From Ophelia neglecta (lineage: Eukaryota), in NCBI GenBank assembly GCA_965285935.1, contig OZ260661.1:82398001-82462000 (forward strand): DNA of 64,000 nt, given 5' to 3'. Numbering within the stretch: position 1 is the stretch's first letter; every line of letters begins with the position of its first letter. This document shows positions 34,801-47,622 of this stretch, in pieces. The position numbers and the translations under genes were made by a program. The notes under the pieces are model-generated. The model was not told the origin of the DNA. It ran no database searches and saw nothing but the letters and a program-made list of their open reading frames with translations.

Positions 34801-37800
34801 AGGCCTGTGGAGCAGTTGACAGTTCTAATGTCTTTTTGATGTGGATTGGACATAGGTGCTGTGGTCAGTCAGTGGTGTTACTATTTGTTAGGGAAGACTC
34901 TTGTAAGATGGCAAGGTAAGTTTCTGTAACTAACACTGAATCTTATCCGATCAATATTTTTTACTGGTAAATATAGACAATATTTTTTACTGGTAAATAT
35001 AGACAATGCAGTAAGAAATAAATGCGTGCCACCTGATGATAGGGATAATCAAAATGTTTGTCAGACTAGGTGACTTCCAAACAAATCAATTCCTCTGAAT
35101 TTTTTAGCAATTAGACCTAGGAAAAGTCGGTCCAAGTTTAATATGGCAATGCCAACAAAATATAAACATTAGTTCTAAATACTTTTAATAGAGCCCATTG
35201 GTTCAACGAGAAGAAATTACACATGCTTCTGAGCATAAACCATGTAAAAATCAGAAATATCTTTCTCCATGCTCGAAGTAAACCAACGGCATAATGCTGC
35301 ATGAAATTAAATAGGATGAAAATTAAAAAATGGACTAAAAAATTTTGTGTTTTCAAATTTATTTTTCTGATTAGACCTTGAAGATATAAATCAAGTCTTT
35401 CTATTGAAATTAAGTTTCTAATGCTTGGCCCCTTCTTGCTAAGGTACTTTTCTTTTTACACTTCCCTAATTGATGTAGTATTAGCAACTTGGTAACCAAC
35501 TAATTAGCCAAGACTAGATCCATAAAAGATGTCAAAGATGGTTACTGAACATGGCTGTGTTTCTGAGTGATGGTCCAAACTGGCACTGGTACAACAGGAA
35601 TATATTCCAATTTATATATCCCCAATGTTTTATCTATGCATAGGAGAGTGGCAATAAATTTGTATGTAAGGCACAGAAAATAAAAAAATACACCAATAAT
35701 AACAAATATCAAAGTATTTATTTTGATGTTGTAGCCATCTGTTAATGTGCTATTTTTTGTCCATAGCTATTTCATTACCTGGTAGTTGAACTCCCAAATG
35801 ATAGGTTGTCACACCCCGTAAGACAGAAGTTAAATAGGACAAATTATGGTCAACATTTCATGTCCTCACGAAGGAGTTAATGATAGATTCTGTTAATTGT
35901 ACAAATAAGCATAAACATATTCAGTGCATGGTCTGAATGAAAAGAAAGCTCCAACGTGTCAAACTGAGTGATTGAATATACCAACTAGATGTGAAAATCA
36001 CATGACGGAAAGAAGGTGAATGTAAAATAACAGGTATCTGTTAACCTTCCACACTCGGCTTATATTGGAATGCCCATCGGCAAATGGTCACCCAGGCACA
36101 TCTAATTTAACAGGTACTTTTGTATTCATGAAGTACAAGCAGCATATAATGGGTTAAGTTAGTTGAAGTCAACTTCTAGAACTGTTTCATAGTTTCCCAT
36201 TTCCATTACCTTTTTGTATGTGGCTGTAAAAACCTAAGATTTGTTTATGAAAATATGTGATTTTCCTCTGGAAGTTTTTCTTTTTTTTGACCGATTAAAA
36301 AGAATTGTTGCCTTGGTATTGTTATTTGTTTTGGCTATGATATGTGACCCGATGGCTGTCAAAAAAGGCATTAATCACTTGTAGTTAATGATATGACAAG
36401 TCTTCAAGCATTTCTATACAAATATGTTATTTATGATGCTGGTTTTTCAGCAAAATATAGTCCAGTCGGTAATATTTGTCATAAAATACCACTATCTAAT
36501 GATACAATAGCTATCGTATTTGAAACTTAATACAAGATAGTCTACTGAGTGATTTATGTTCTTAAAAGGAGATTCTTAATAGTCAAATCCAATGTATTCT
36601 GTTGCGGTTATATTTATAATTATTTCTGCAATGCCTTAGGGACACCTTGCACTGACAGCTAGGTGTAATTGATTGATTAAAGTTATTTCACAGGGGATGC
36701 TGTCCAGGTTGTTTTACAGCATAAAAATTATACTGGTTATGGTGCCAGTATTCATTTTACTCAGGCTATTTCTGTTGATCTTGTGAAATGATCAAAGATA
36801 ATTATGATATACTAGTAATAAAGTTGATGTTGTTTGTAATCTTTTTATGTGTTTTATATGTCATAAATGTGTAAGACTAAACATAATGGCACATTTTACT
36901 ACGGACCATGAATGTCACACCCAGGCCTAAGTTAATTGACAGATCTCATGCAATGAAGTTTTTAAAAATCTTATTCTGAATTTGTTATGTAAAGAGGAAT
37001 GAAGAGTACAATTTCATATTGGTCACATGATAGTTTCTTAACTTGAGGACAATGACAAGCATCCACAATAGGGTTCTACCTAAGGTGGCCTCATTGAAAT
37101 ACCTGCTTGATTAGACTAGAATTTAATCCATTGTGAGGTGGACAACAGGTAGGAACTGCTTGGATAGAATAACACCTAGGAGAGCAGTGGAGACCCAAAT
37201 AACCTGCCTGTCACCGCAAGGGGCCTGAAAATATTGAGACATCAAATTAGAATGAGGAACAGGACAAACCAGAGCCAACATTTTACTGAAGTGTAAAAGC
37301 TGGCCTTTTCATTATTGACGTAACCCTGAGAGGAGGCATGACATTCACAATAGGCTAGGGTCCTCAAGGCAAAACGTTAACTCTCTCTTCTTGTGGTCAT
37401 AGGTGATTTGGAATTGTGACAAAATAGTAGCCATTGATGGAATGTTTGCCTAATGCGGAGAACTGTACATAAGCAAGTACATTTCTGGCCGGGCACAGAT
37501 TAGATGAGGAGTTGGGTACATACACTCAGCAGTAAAACCTGATATATTACTATAGACTTTGGAGAAGGATCAAGAGATTAACTAAGTTAATAAGTGACTT
37601 AGGGCATGAGACGAGCTGGCTCCAGGTAGGCTTCACACTGATCTGCTTATTATGATTTAGGCATTATCAATTTTATAAGCTTGTTTCTCAGTCTAATACA
37701 ATTTTTTTAGTGATCTTTGTGTTCAGTTATGAACCTTTCATTTCAGTTTTATTGACAGTTTTTTATCATTTCACTCTTAACCAATCCATGCATGTGTAAA

Positions 37801-40800
37801 CCTGACACTAAACTTTTATTTGCCATTGCTAACTGTTGTGACAAAGTCTCTTTTCTTCTCTATGACAGGAAAGATGTTGTAAGATATTTTATTCACAGGT
37901 TAATAATGCCCAAAAACTCAAGTGTAGGAAAAAATGATTCAAGTCACAGGTGCATGAACATTCAAGTTTTGTGGGAATTAAGCAGGTTTGTTACCACATT
38001 TGCCTTTCGATCATTTGGAAAAACCATGAAACTAACACCAATTCTCGAAAGATGCGTTATGTGAATATAAGAGGTACATGTTTAATGAAGCTCGGTGAGC
38101 AAAAGACTAGTCATTTTATTTGACTTGGGTCAAGACCCACATGTTGATATACTTGCCACTGTTGTTGATCAAAGCGTACTTTCATTCATTTGGGTCAGTC
38201 TTTTTGATGATGAATACCAATCATATTTTTATTGGTGGTGATTTTCGGCCCCTTTCTGTTAAATGCAGTTGTTTGATTCGTGGTAAGTGTCTTTTGGCTT
38301 TTTTTCAGGTACTTCCTCAATAATTGGCTAAAATAAGATGTACATGTATGTCATAAAATGACCTATAAAAGAGATTCTCTCTTTAAGAATTCACCAGTGT
38401 TTTGTTAGGGAGAGCTATAGCTATAAATGTTATTTGCTCACCTATGTGTCAACAGTATTATTTAAAGGAAGTTAGATGTATGATTTTGTGGAGGCTTTCT
38501 CTCTAAAAAGGTGGGTTTTATTTCCCTATTTCTAATTACAGATTATACTATTTATCACAATGGAAATTGCTTTTTATGCAAGCATCGTATACTGGTATTC
38601 AAAATAATCTTACATCTACGTTAATTTGAAATTCAGTAAGTGACTTTATAGGGGAAAATCCTGTTTAGAAAAGTGTGGTAAAGTTTAATTATTAGTGTTC
38701 TGATAGTTTGTCTTCTGGGCACCATTGGACTCAAGATGATTGTAGATTTACTTTGATATTTAAAGGTTGGTCACTTTCCTTTGCTTTTCAGGTATCGTTA
38801 TGTGTAGTACACACACACACATACGCATTTATATATATTTTGTGCACGTCTGGCATGAGGTATATGTCAGTCAAAATGCTGTGTACTGTACATTTATTAG
38901 AATATAAAGACTCTTGTCGCTGGTGGGATAGTTGTTTAATTATACAACCCTTGCTATTCATATCACAGTCCAGTTTATAGATGGTAGACCTCACTGTCAG
39001 TAGGTCACTTAATTAATTATCATTCTTCAGCCAGGCATACAAGTTGGTCAGATGAAATTTCATGTTCACATAGACCCGGACACAGGGTGCAGCTTTCATT
39101 AACTCCTGTGCAAACCAGGTAATGTAATGATATATAATTAGTGTTGATTAATGCATTTAATTTATATTAATTAGACAATGATTTACACTAAGGTCCTTTA
39201 TTTGGATTTCATTACTTCTTGTGGCGGCTGGCTACTTTTTAATGACTTGAGTAAACGGTCTGGCAACTGGCAATTTCATTGTCTGATCTAGCATAAGAGT
39301 GTAAATACAGGATTGTCACTGATACTCTGGGAATTGGACAATTTAATCCTTATCAAAACTGAGCAGAAGGTTCTCTATTCATCAGGTCCAGTAACCCTTA
39401 ATAGACAGTAATCTATATGTGTCAAGGGATATGCCATTAGGATGGATTAATTTATGGGAAGAAAAAAACTGTTCTTTAGATGTGTTTATGACAGCAACTG
39501 GAAATTTGATATTTTAACAGTAAATGAAAGTTATTTCTTATGAAAAATTTTGAACATTATTGTGTAGAAATGAAGGATAGCTTTCTATCAGTGCATGAGC
39601 ACCTGTTTGATTTCAGTGATGCTCCAGTGATCAGCTGATGAAGCATCAGTTAGACAAGTGCCTATCAGGTTTTATGAGTATACAGCCTGATATTACCTCA
39701 CTTGAAACTGGAAATTGAAATGCACTACTATGTGTTCAAATAAGGTGAAAGTAGGCATACATGATCTAATGATTCATCATGGAATGGCTCTGTTTATGAA
39801 CCTGTATCTCAACTCTCTCAGGTCAGTGTATCTGAAGAAAAGGCACACTCCACAAACAACACTTTGTTTGAGGAAGCTAAAATTTCTGCTGTGACGACCA
39901 AGAACTTTTTTGTATTTGTTCATATACCTGTACAAAATATAACTTTGTGTACATATAAATGTTAGACTGTGATGTTTGAAAAATGCCACAACTGCAGCAC
40001 TGGCTATTAACTGTGTGGATGTGGAAATGCCTTTTTCAAAATCACAGAAAAAGGGTTGTTTTTGGTAGATGCTTGTTCACAAAGAGCTATTGTGAGGGGT
40101 AACCCTGTTCATGTGTTGTGTTATGTAATGAACCGTCCGCAGAAAAGCTTTTTTAAGGTCAATATAACAAATATTCGGCTAAGCGTTGCCGACAATGAAT
40201 AATTCTGCCAAGTCCTTTTCAAACTTATGCCTTGAATTGAGAAAACACACACCTACAAACACACAGGTCTCTATACAGGTTTGTTCTATTTGCCTGTTTT
40301 CCTTGTGAAGTGGCTTTAAGTAGCTTGAATCACCTTAAGGTCCATGTAAGAACCTTAAAAATTAAAATGATACAAGTTCAGAATTTAGTATACCACCTTC
40401 AAAAGCATTGGGCTAGAAAGTCCAGTGGATACCTCATTTCTGGCAGTGACAATGGGAACAAAATGAAAGGTCAGGGTTTTTTTGCCACGAACAATTAAGA
40501 AGCAGCTGTGATATATTAATATGTCTAAATTATGTGTCTGTTTTAAAGCATATTTACTTAGTGTAATGCAGATGACTTTTAAGCACTTCTACACGCATGT
40601 TCATGACACATGAACATGATATGTCTCCTCCCTGTAAATGAGATAACATTTATAGTTGGGTGCAGGATATTGATTTGAAAATACAAATAAAAAAATAGTG
40701 TTAAGGGGGCTTATTTAAAGGAAGAAGACTATGACAAGAGTGACACCAGCGATTGTGTAAAACTGTTTAAAGGTCAGTATTAAGGAAATGATAGGTGATG

Positions 40801-43431
40801 CTTTAAAAAGTGACTTGATTCAGCTTTCCCCTGTCATCTGTCATCATAATACCATATTGAAATACCATGAAACACCCTGAAACAAAATAAATTCCAGCAT
40901 GACCTGTTTAGTATGATGACCCGGGTTGCCACTTTGGCACAATAAATATATAAATATAGCAATGGCTGGTCACTGTTTATTTTTCTATCTGGTAAGATTA
41001 AATAAGTATATAACTGATGTTGTGGCAAAACACAATCAATCAGATGTTTTAGAGAAACTGAAATTATGAGATGAGCCATGACAGGACAAGTTTTTATGGC
41101 ACCATCTGGGTGTATTGCTGATGCTTTCTGAAGCTTGTGTAAGTTAACTGATAAACTAACTGTCTATGACAAATTAGTGACACATCTGTGTATAACAAGG
41201 AGGAAGAGTTACATTTTCATCGTGGACTCGTGGTCTGAATGAAAAGTATGTTTTGATAAATCTTTTTTTAAGAATACAAGTTCTTGAGTGATATCCTTTC
41301 TGTCAGTTTTTTAAAAACAGAATATATACATTTATCAGTGTCAAATTTAACATGATTGCATGCATTTTGCTACAATCATTTAAGTAAGTAAAATTATGAT
41401 ATTTTTAGGGTTTGGTGTTTCATTTAGCCATTAAACTTTGAAACAAATTTAATGATATCTCCTATTATTGTGAATAAGTAGCTATTACATGTGGTGGAAT
41501 AATTGAGGCTTATAGGTCTAAATACATAATAGTTATGCAGTCGTTTGAAGTGAAATTAATTACTGTTTTCCATGAAAATAGAAACTAGCCTAGTGTGTTA
41601 AATGCTGTGCCTGTCAAATGAAGGTCCATCTCATATATACCTATCTGCTGAAGGCTACCACCCCCCAGACATACAATGGTAGGATTCTAGTGTCCTTTAC
41701 CACTGTCATCCAACACAATCTGTGGCCCACAGCTATTGTATTGTGTGAGTGGAGGAGGACCTCTTCATCTTTGCATCAGCTACTTAAGCAACACATTATA
41801 GCTCATACCTGGATGGTCAAGTGCCTTGGGGAACTCGCCCTCGGAGTGTCACTGTGTTCCTGGGAATGAGTGTCACAAGTGAAGATTTATACACAGTGAC
41901 AGCTTATTATTGTTTTGTATCAGTTGGTGTGACATCTCAGGGAGCCTTCCTCACCATACTTTATGTATGTGAAAAGAAAGCCCTTTTAGAATGTTCAAAC
42001 ATCATTCCTCAATTGGATGTGGTTTATCTGCAATTTTGGAATCATAGTTAATCAGAAAATGATCAGAACACACTAAGGATATTTTTTTATATTGATTCTT
42101 CTTTCTTAAACCAGCTCATAATGACCCACCAATTTGACTGTATGAACAGGTAAGAATGTCTGATGTATTATTAAAGATGTCATATTTTAATGTCTGGCTT
42201 TTTATCAAATATATAAATGGCATATAAATTCCTGCTTAGGCCCCAATATATTTTAGTTAGTTGATGTACAAAAGTTTTTTGACAAATTTTAGACAAGGTG
42301 GGAGGAAGTAAAATAGAATAAATTTCTTATTGGTGGTTTGGAAGGGAAGTCCTTCAGAAAATAGCTTGGTTTTAACAAAATATAAATGTGATACTTAATT
42401 ATTGCATATACTTAATTTTTCGACTACAAATTTTGAACTTGTCATTTTGAACCAATTGCTTAGTGTTTTTAAGTTTCCATTATAGATAAACCACAACACC
42501 AATTTAAAACCCAGTGGCTTCTTATTATTCTAATTGAAAATGTCCTTTCAAGGTTATTGAAAGAAAAATAACCTCATTTAACCTGTGTTGACCATTTCTT
42601 TCAACAGTTCCTTGATGTTTCTGGTATGTGAATAAATAGGAGCTAATACATAGGAGCTAAAGGTTTCAGAAACTTGGCAATCACTTTAATAATCATCATC
42701 ATTGAGTGTTTTGAATAGTCGAAACATTGACCCAAAAAGACCACCATGTTAAGAACGTGCTGTATAGAGTGCACATGGCCTCCAATGACCCTGGGTCATT
42801 TTCTAATTTGTGTATTGATTACAATAATGTATTTCATATATAAGAAATATATGACCCACTGATGAGTAAATGTCATTTTTTGGAGTGATGTGTCTAAACT
42901 TAAGTCTTCAACCCAGATCTGTATCTTCCCATGGCTTTCTATAAGTGTTGTCAGATGGACAGAAATGTAATCAGTAGCTACTTTTTTTCATTGAGACTCT
43001 GTGTAATAAGGACCCCATCCCCAGGAGTCTATGTACTGCTGTCCAAACCTCATGTCTTCACATCAATCATTTAAAGAAATTGGCTCACCACCAACCAGAA
43101 AACAGGGTATCAATCTTCCACATACAACACTAACTGAAATCATATTTATTACCACATATATTATGTAGAAAGTTGTTTGTTTAAATGCTTTTAATTCTAT
43201 GTCATAACAGAGTGTATTTGTATACTGTACAAGCCAGGATATGTATATTTATATTTTAAAAGGAAGGTCAGGTTTATATTTACAGGTATACATGTTGGAA
43301 TTTACCAGGCAAAGAACCTGAATACAAAATACAAATAATTAGCATTTGTTAAATCTCTAGGGATTTTCTATGCATCAATAATCAATTATGTACTTGTACA
43401 GGTATTTGTACTGTACTAACTGGTTTAAATC

Positions 43432-43501
43432 TATGGTGAGTAGAGGTAATCTGTGACTGCATCGCTTATGGTGAGTAGAGGTAATCTGTGACTGCATCGC
43501 T
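43432..43501. repeat. Exact 35-bp tandem duplication
   Basis: tatggtgagtagaggtaatctgtgactgcatcgct x2. Confidence 0.9.
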
Positions 43502-46500
43502 TTAAACCCCAGAAAGCTTGGTGTACAGGCCAAATCCAAGCCATTCACTCCCTGTGACATATATTGGTGGGTTGGTGAAAACATATTTATTTAGATTGGC
43601 TAAATGGTGAAGGTTTCACATTTTTCATCAGACACAATCTGCCAAAATGACGATTTCATTATCTAAATGCTGTGATTGCCAGACAAGGAGGATGTAGGAT
43701 GATGGCCAAGAACGATGGATTAAATTGCGTTGTTGGGCCATGTTATTTTGTTGAGTAGCTGTAATTATCCAGCAGTTTATTTGCAGACTATTTACATACG
43801 ATTGTACACGTATTGATATTCAACCCATCTCCTGTTTGACCCTCTGTGGAAAGTCTCTTCACTCTTCATCTTGGACCAATAATTGAATTTGAGGAGAGAT
43901 ATTGTCCTTGTGAGGAGAATTGTTATGAGACGAGTGAGACATTGATACAATGCCAACTAACTTACATTACATCTGAACATGTTTAATGCAAGCTATTGGT
44001 GAAAGGAATGACCTTCCCAGCAAGTGTTGTTCTTGAGTTTGTTTATGAATATAATTAGCTGGAGGGTTGATAATTATTTGCATTACAATCAAAGTGGTCT
44101 CAGGACTTGTATAAACTGCCTGGTCAAGAGGCCTTGGTGTTCTCTTAGAAGAGTCCTGGTGTCCTGTGTGCAAGGTCTTAATGGTTGGGACAGCATTACA
44201 TGTACTCCAAGCAGGGATAAGCCTACACATTGATATATATACACTAGTCTTATGGGAAAAAACATTGGATATACATATATAATTATACTAGTAAGAATAG
44301 GACTTTTCTTTGTATATATATATATGTGTGTAGAGTACAAGACATAGGCATTCACATAGGATGTATTACCTGTACTGTTTAGAATGTGCCGGTATAGGCC
44401 TACCTATGTACATTGTGATTGTAGGGCGTAGGTTTCTTTCAAACTCAGTTTTGTGATATGGATCATTGTACTTTGCATGTATATATGCTATAGATGTATC
44501 ACAAAACTTGTGCCCAGGAGTATTTAGCACTTTATAATTCTGAAAAGCAAAGTTGGAAAAATTGGAACCTATAATTTCTAGTTTCCTTTAAGAACTAGCC
44601 ACTTGCTACTTGTCAAACCAAATGATATTTATTATACATCATTGTACCTCAGTAAAAGCTGCAACACACCTTTTCAAATTGATAGATGGAATTGTCACCA
44701 AGAAATTGTAAGACATGCAAACTAACAATTTGGTTCTCCTATGTACAATCCAGATGATAGAAAATTGCATGCCATCATAAGTAATGTGTCATATATTTGT
44801 TGGTTCACCAGTCCATTTATATAATTGAATTTGTATATAGTATGACGTTTAAGCATCGTATAATATGCTAGTTCTTTTTCCTGGGATGTCTTAGGTAACT
44901 ATTCTGATTTATATTCTTCTACTGTCACATTAATAACAAACCTTCATACCATCAGGAAAATAAACTTGTAAATCTACTGTACCGGAGCTCTGAGATAACA
45001 TAGTGTCTGGGAAAGTTCATATGTCGTGGTGAATGGTTTCTTAAAGTGCCTGTAGCACTTCTTAGTTACTTACATTTAATGATATACTGGGTAAGACAAC
45101 TTGGTGGGAGAAAGTGCTAGTGATATTGACTTCATAAGATAGCTTACATGGAGGGTTAGTCAAGAAGGGCGGGGAGGGGGAGGGGGGGTCTGGCGAGTAC
45201 CATTAGTCCATATTTGGATCTATGTACTTTAACCAACTATAATTATGCAACTTACTCTTGGTAATGCTGTCTCATTTGACGAGTGAACTTTCAAATAATA
45301 TTAAATCTATTGGCTTTAAGATGTAAATACTATTGAATTTATATAGTATCATAGAATTAATAAGGTTTTATATCAAAAACCTTATGTTATTACTTGGCTG
45401 TACATATATTGTTTTAGTACCATTATTTTTGCCAGCATCATTATGTGCCAATAGCTGTAGATACCTTATGACACACTCAATTTTAAAAAGGTTCTAACTG
45501 TGTCTGTACGCATTGTTCTTGATAGAGTCTTAGAATGTGTTTCCAGTATTTTACCTGTTACCATACTAACAATGCTGATTATTCACCTGTCACTAGTTTT
45601 GTTCTCCTGAAATGTAACAATGCCATTTTAGATTGATTTAGCCAATCAGGTATTGTACTCTCAAACTCTTTGGAGTAAAAAATCAAGGACAATTGTGATT
45701 CAAGGATGTCTTGAGTGCTAGGTCTATTTTAACTAATGTCTCAAAGAGCGAGCAATGCTATCTGTCGGTTCTCAAGGTATCCCATCTGTATTCTCTTGTC
45801 GTCTACATACGAGACATATGTCAATTGTCTATCTATTAAAAATATCACAATGTGTGCACTCATTATGTGAGATCTGTCACAGCAAATTGATGTCTACTGA
45901 CAAAAGTTTTTGGACTAGCAACACGTAAATGTAAACTGTAAATGTAAACCACATGCAGCTGGCCCTGACCTTGTAATAATTAAATCTGTGTTTGGAGCTC
46001 AGCTGGCATATTGATCACTATACTATTGAAGATATTTGACATAATATCCTACAGCAGTCTAAATATTGTAGGTTTAGCTTTTGAAGCTATTTTTGCCTAC
46101 AGTGAAACCTTGTTTATGTTTAACTCAGGATTCTCCTCAGGAATTTTCCTGTTCATCCTTTATGCCTATGGTAACTTGTTTACTTTCCAGCATCCTAGAA
46201 CACTCAGTCCTGATAATATTTATAAACTGGTATACGTGGGCTTTCTGAACATTTGTTTTATCTCACTAGTCAGACCCAACAGAACGGCTTTGTATGTTGA
46301 AGGCCAGATTTCCTGTTTACTCGGGCTTCCGTTTTTTTTCAAGTCATTTTTGTAATTTGAAATCAGCTGTAATTATTGTAGTTTGTTGCAGGCATATTTT
46401 GAATCAGTCTTGTTGATTATACTCAATAAGATTTAAAATGTACAGGAGTGTATTTGAAACCAAAAAGTAATTTTTCATGTAAATTGACAAGTGTTAGCAG

Positions 46501-46881
46501 ACTAGGATAACATTCATTTAATTGAGATTACAGACATAAGATTTATAATATTGAGGGACATGAGGGTATTAACCGCCTCATTAGCATTTCTCAAAATAAT
46601 TACCACTGACTCGGGAGGTGAAATCCAAGTATTGGCCTGTCTGATGTTGTTACCAGTAAAACCTTCATTATCAATGTCTCTCTGTCATGTATTGTAGTCA
46701 TTTAGACAGACTACATGCATACTGTCATTCACCAGTTTTTGTAATTTGTCATATTTCACTGCAAAAGTTGAAGGCTCTTTCCTGGTTGTTTAAAGCTGGT
46801 CTGCTTCTATACAAAGATTTTGTGTTAGTGTAAAATTTTACTCTTTGGTGCAAACCTCCTGAAACAAATTGTCTGTAAACT

Positions 46882-46895
46882 GTAACCATGGTAAC
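46882..46895. promoter_or_regulatory. RFX X-box-like palindrome
   Basis: GTAACCATGGTAAC fits the GTNRCC-AT-RGYAAC consensus; about 700 bp upstream of the first DAAM coding exon. Confidence 0.5.
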
Positions 46896-47622
46896 AGTTA
46901 ATTATGCACAACGTGGGGTGTGTAATGTATGATACTTTCACATTCTCTACCAACTTATGCTTTAGATATGTAAAACCAAGACTAATCATTATGCTAAAAT
47001 GAAATATATATGCTTATATTATACATGTAAGTCACAGTTCTAATGATGAACTGTTCACCATGCCATTTCTTCAGTGAGCCGAAAGAACGGCACTCACTGG
47101 TGGCTTACTGTCAGCGCTGATTAGAACCCATTACCATCCACTGTAGCATGGAAGTCCGTGATTAGAGCACGTGCCAGCCAGCACTTAGTGTCGGCAAGAC
47201 AGTCTAGCAGTGAGGGCAGGGCAGACAGCGGAATAGCCCTAGCACTCGTACAAACTGCTGAGGTACAACACAAGACAACCTGTACTGGATTGTGGGCTGT
47301 CAGTTGTGGAATCTGCTCAACTACATACATATCTTCTTCACAAAAGATGGACAACCTTCTCTTGACATTCTAATAAGATAGTGTGTGAGCCTATGGTGTT
47401 GACTGAATGATCCCACTAGTAGAACAAGCCCCTTGTTGGCCAGCAAGCAGAAATCTGTATTAGCTCAAGGAACATATTACCCAATTATAAATCTGGTATG
47501 CATTCAAGGTGGATTGGTGCAGGCTCTCTACATGCTGTATTTTATTTATTGTACTCATATATGATATAAATAACATACTCAAAATGGTTTCTCTTTCTTT
47601 CAGAGTGTTTGAGACCCTCATA

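Noticed and set aside
34952-35007. 26-bp tandem duplication (similar small duplications at 15044-15110 and 25077-25140)
   Set aside because: Ordinary slippage duplications with no evidence of function.
32200-47000. Many 60-115 aa ORFs in the long DAAM 5' intron, as a possible nested gene
   Set aside because: Low-complexity hydrophobic translations typical of AT-rich intron; no chain of phase-compatible exons found.
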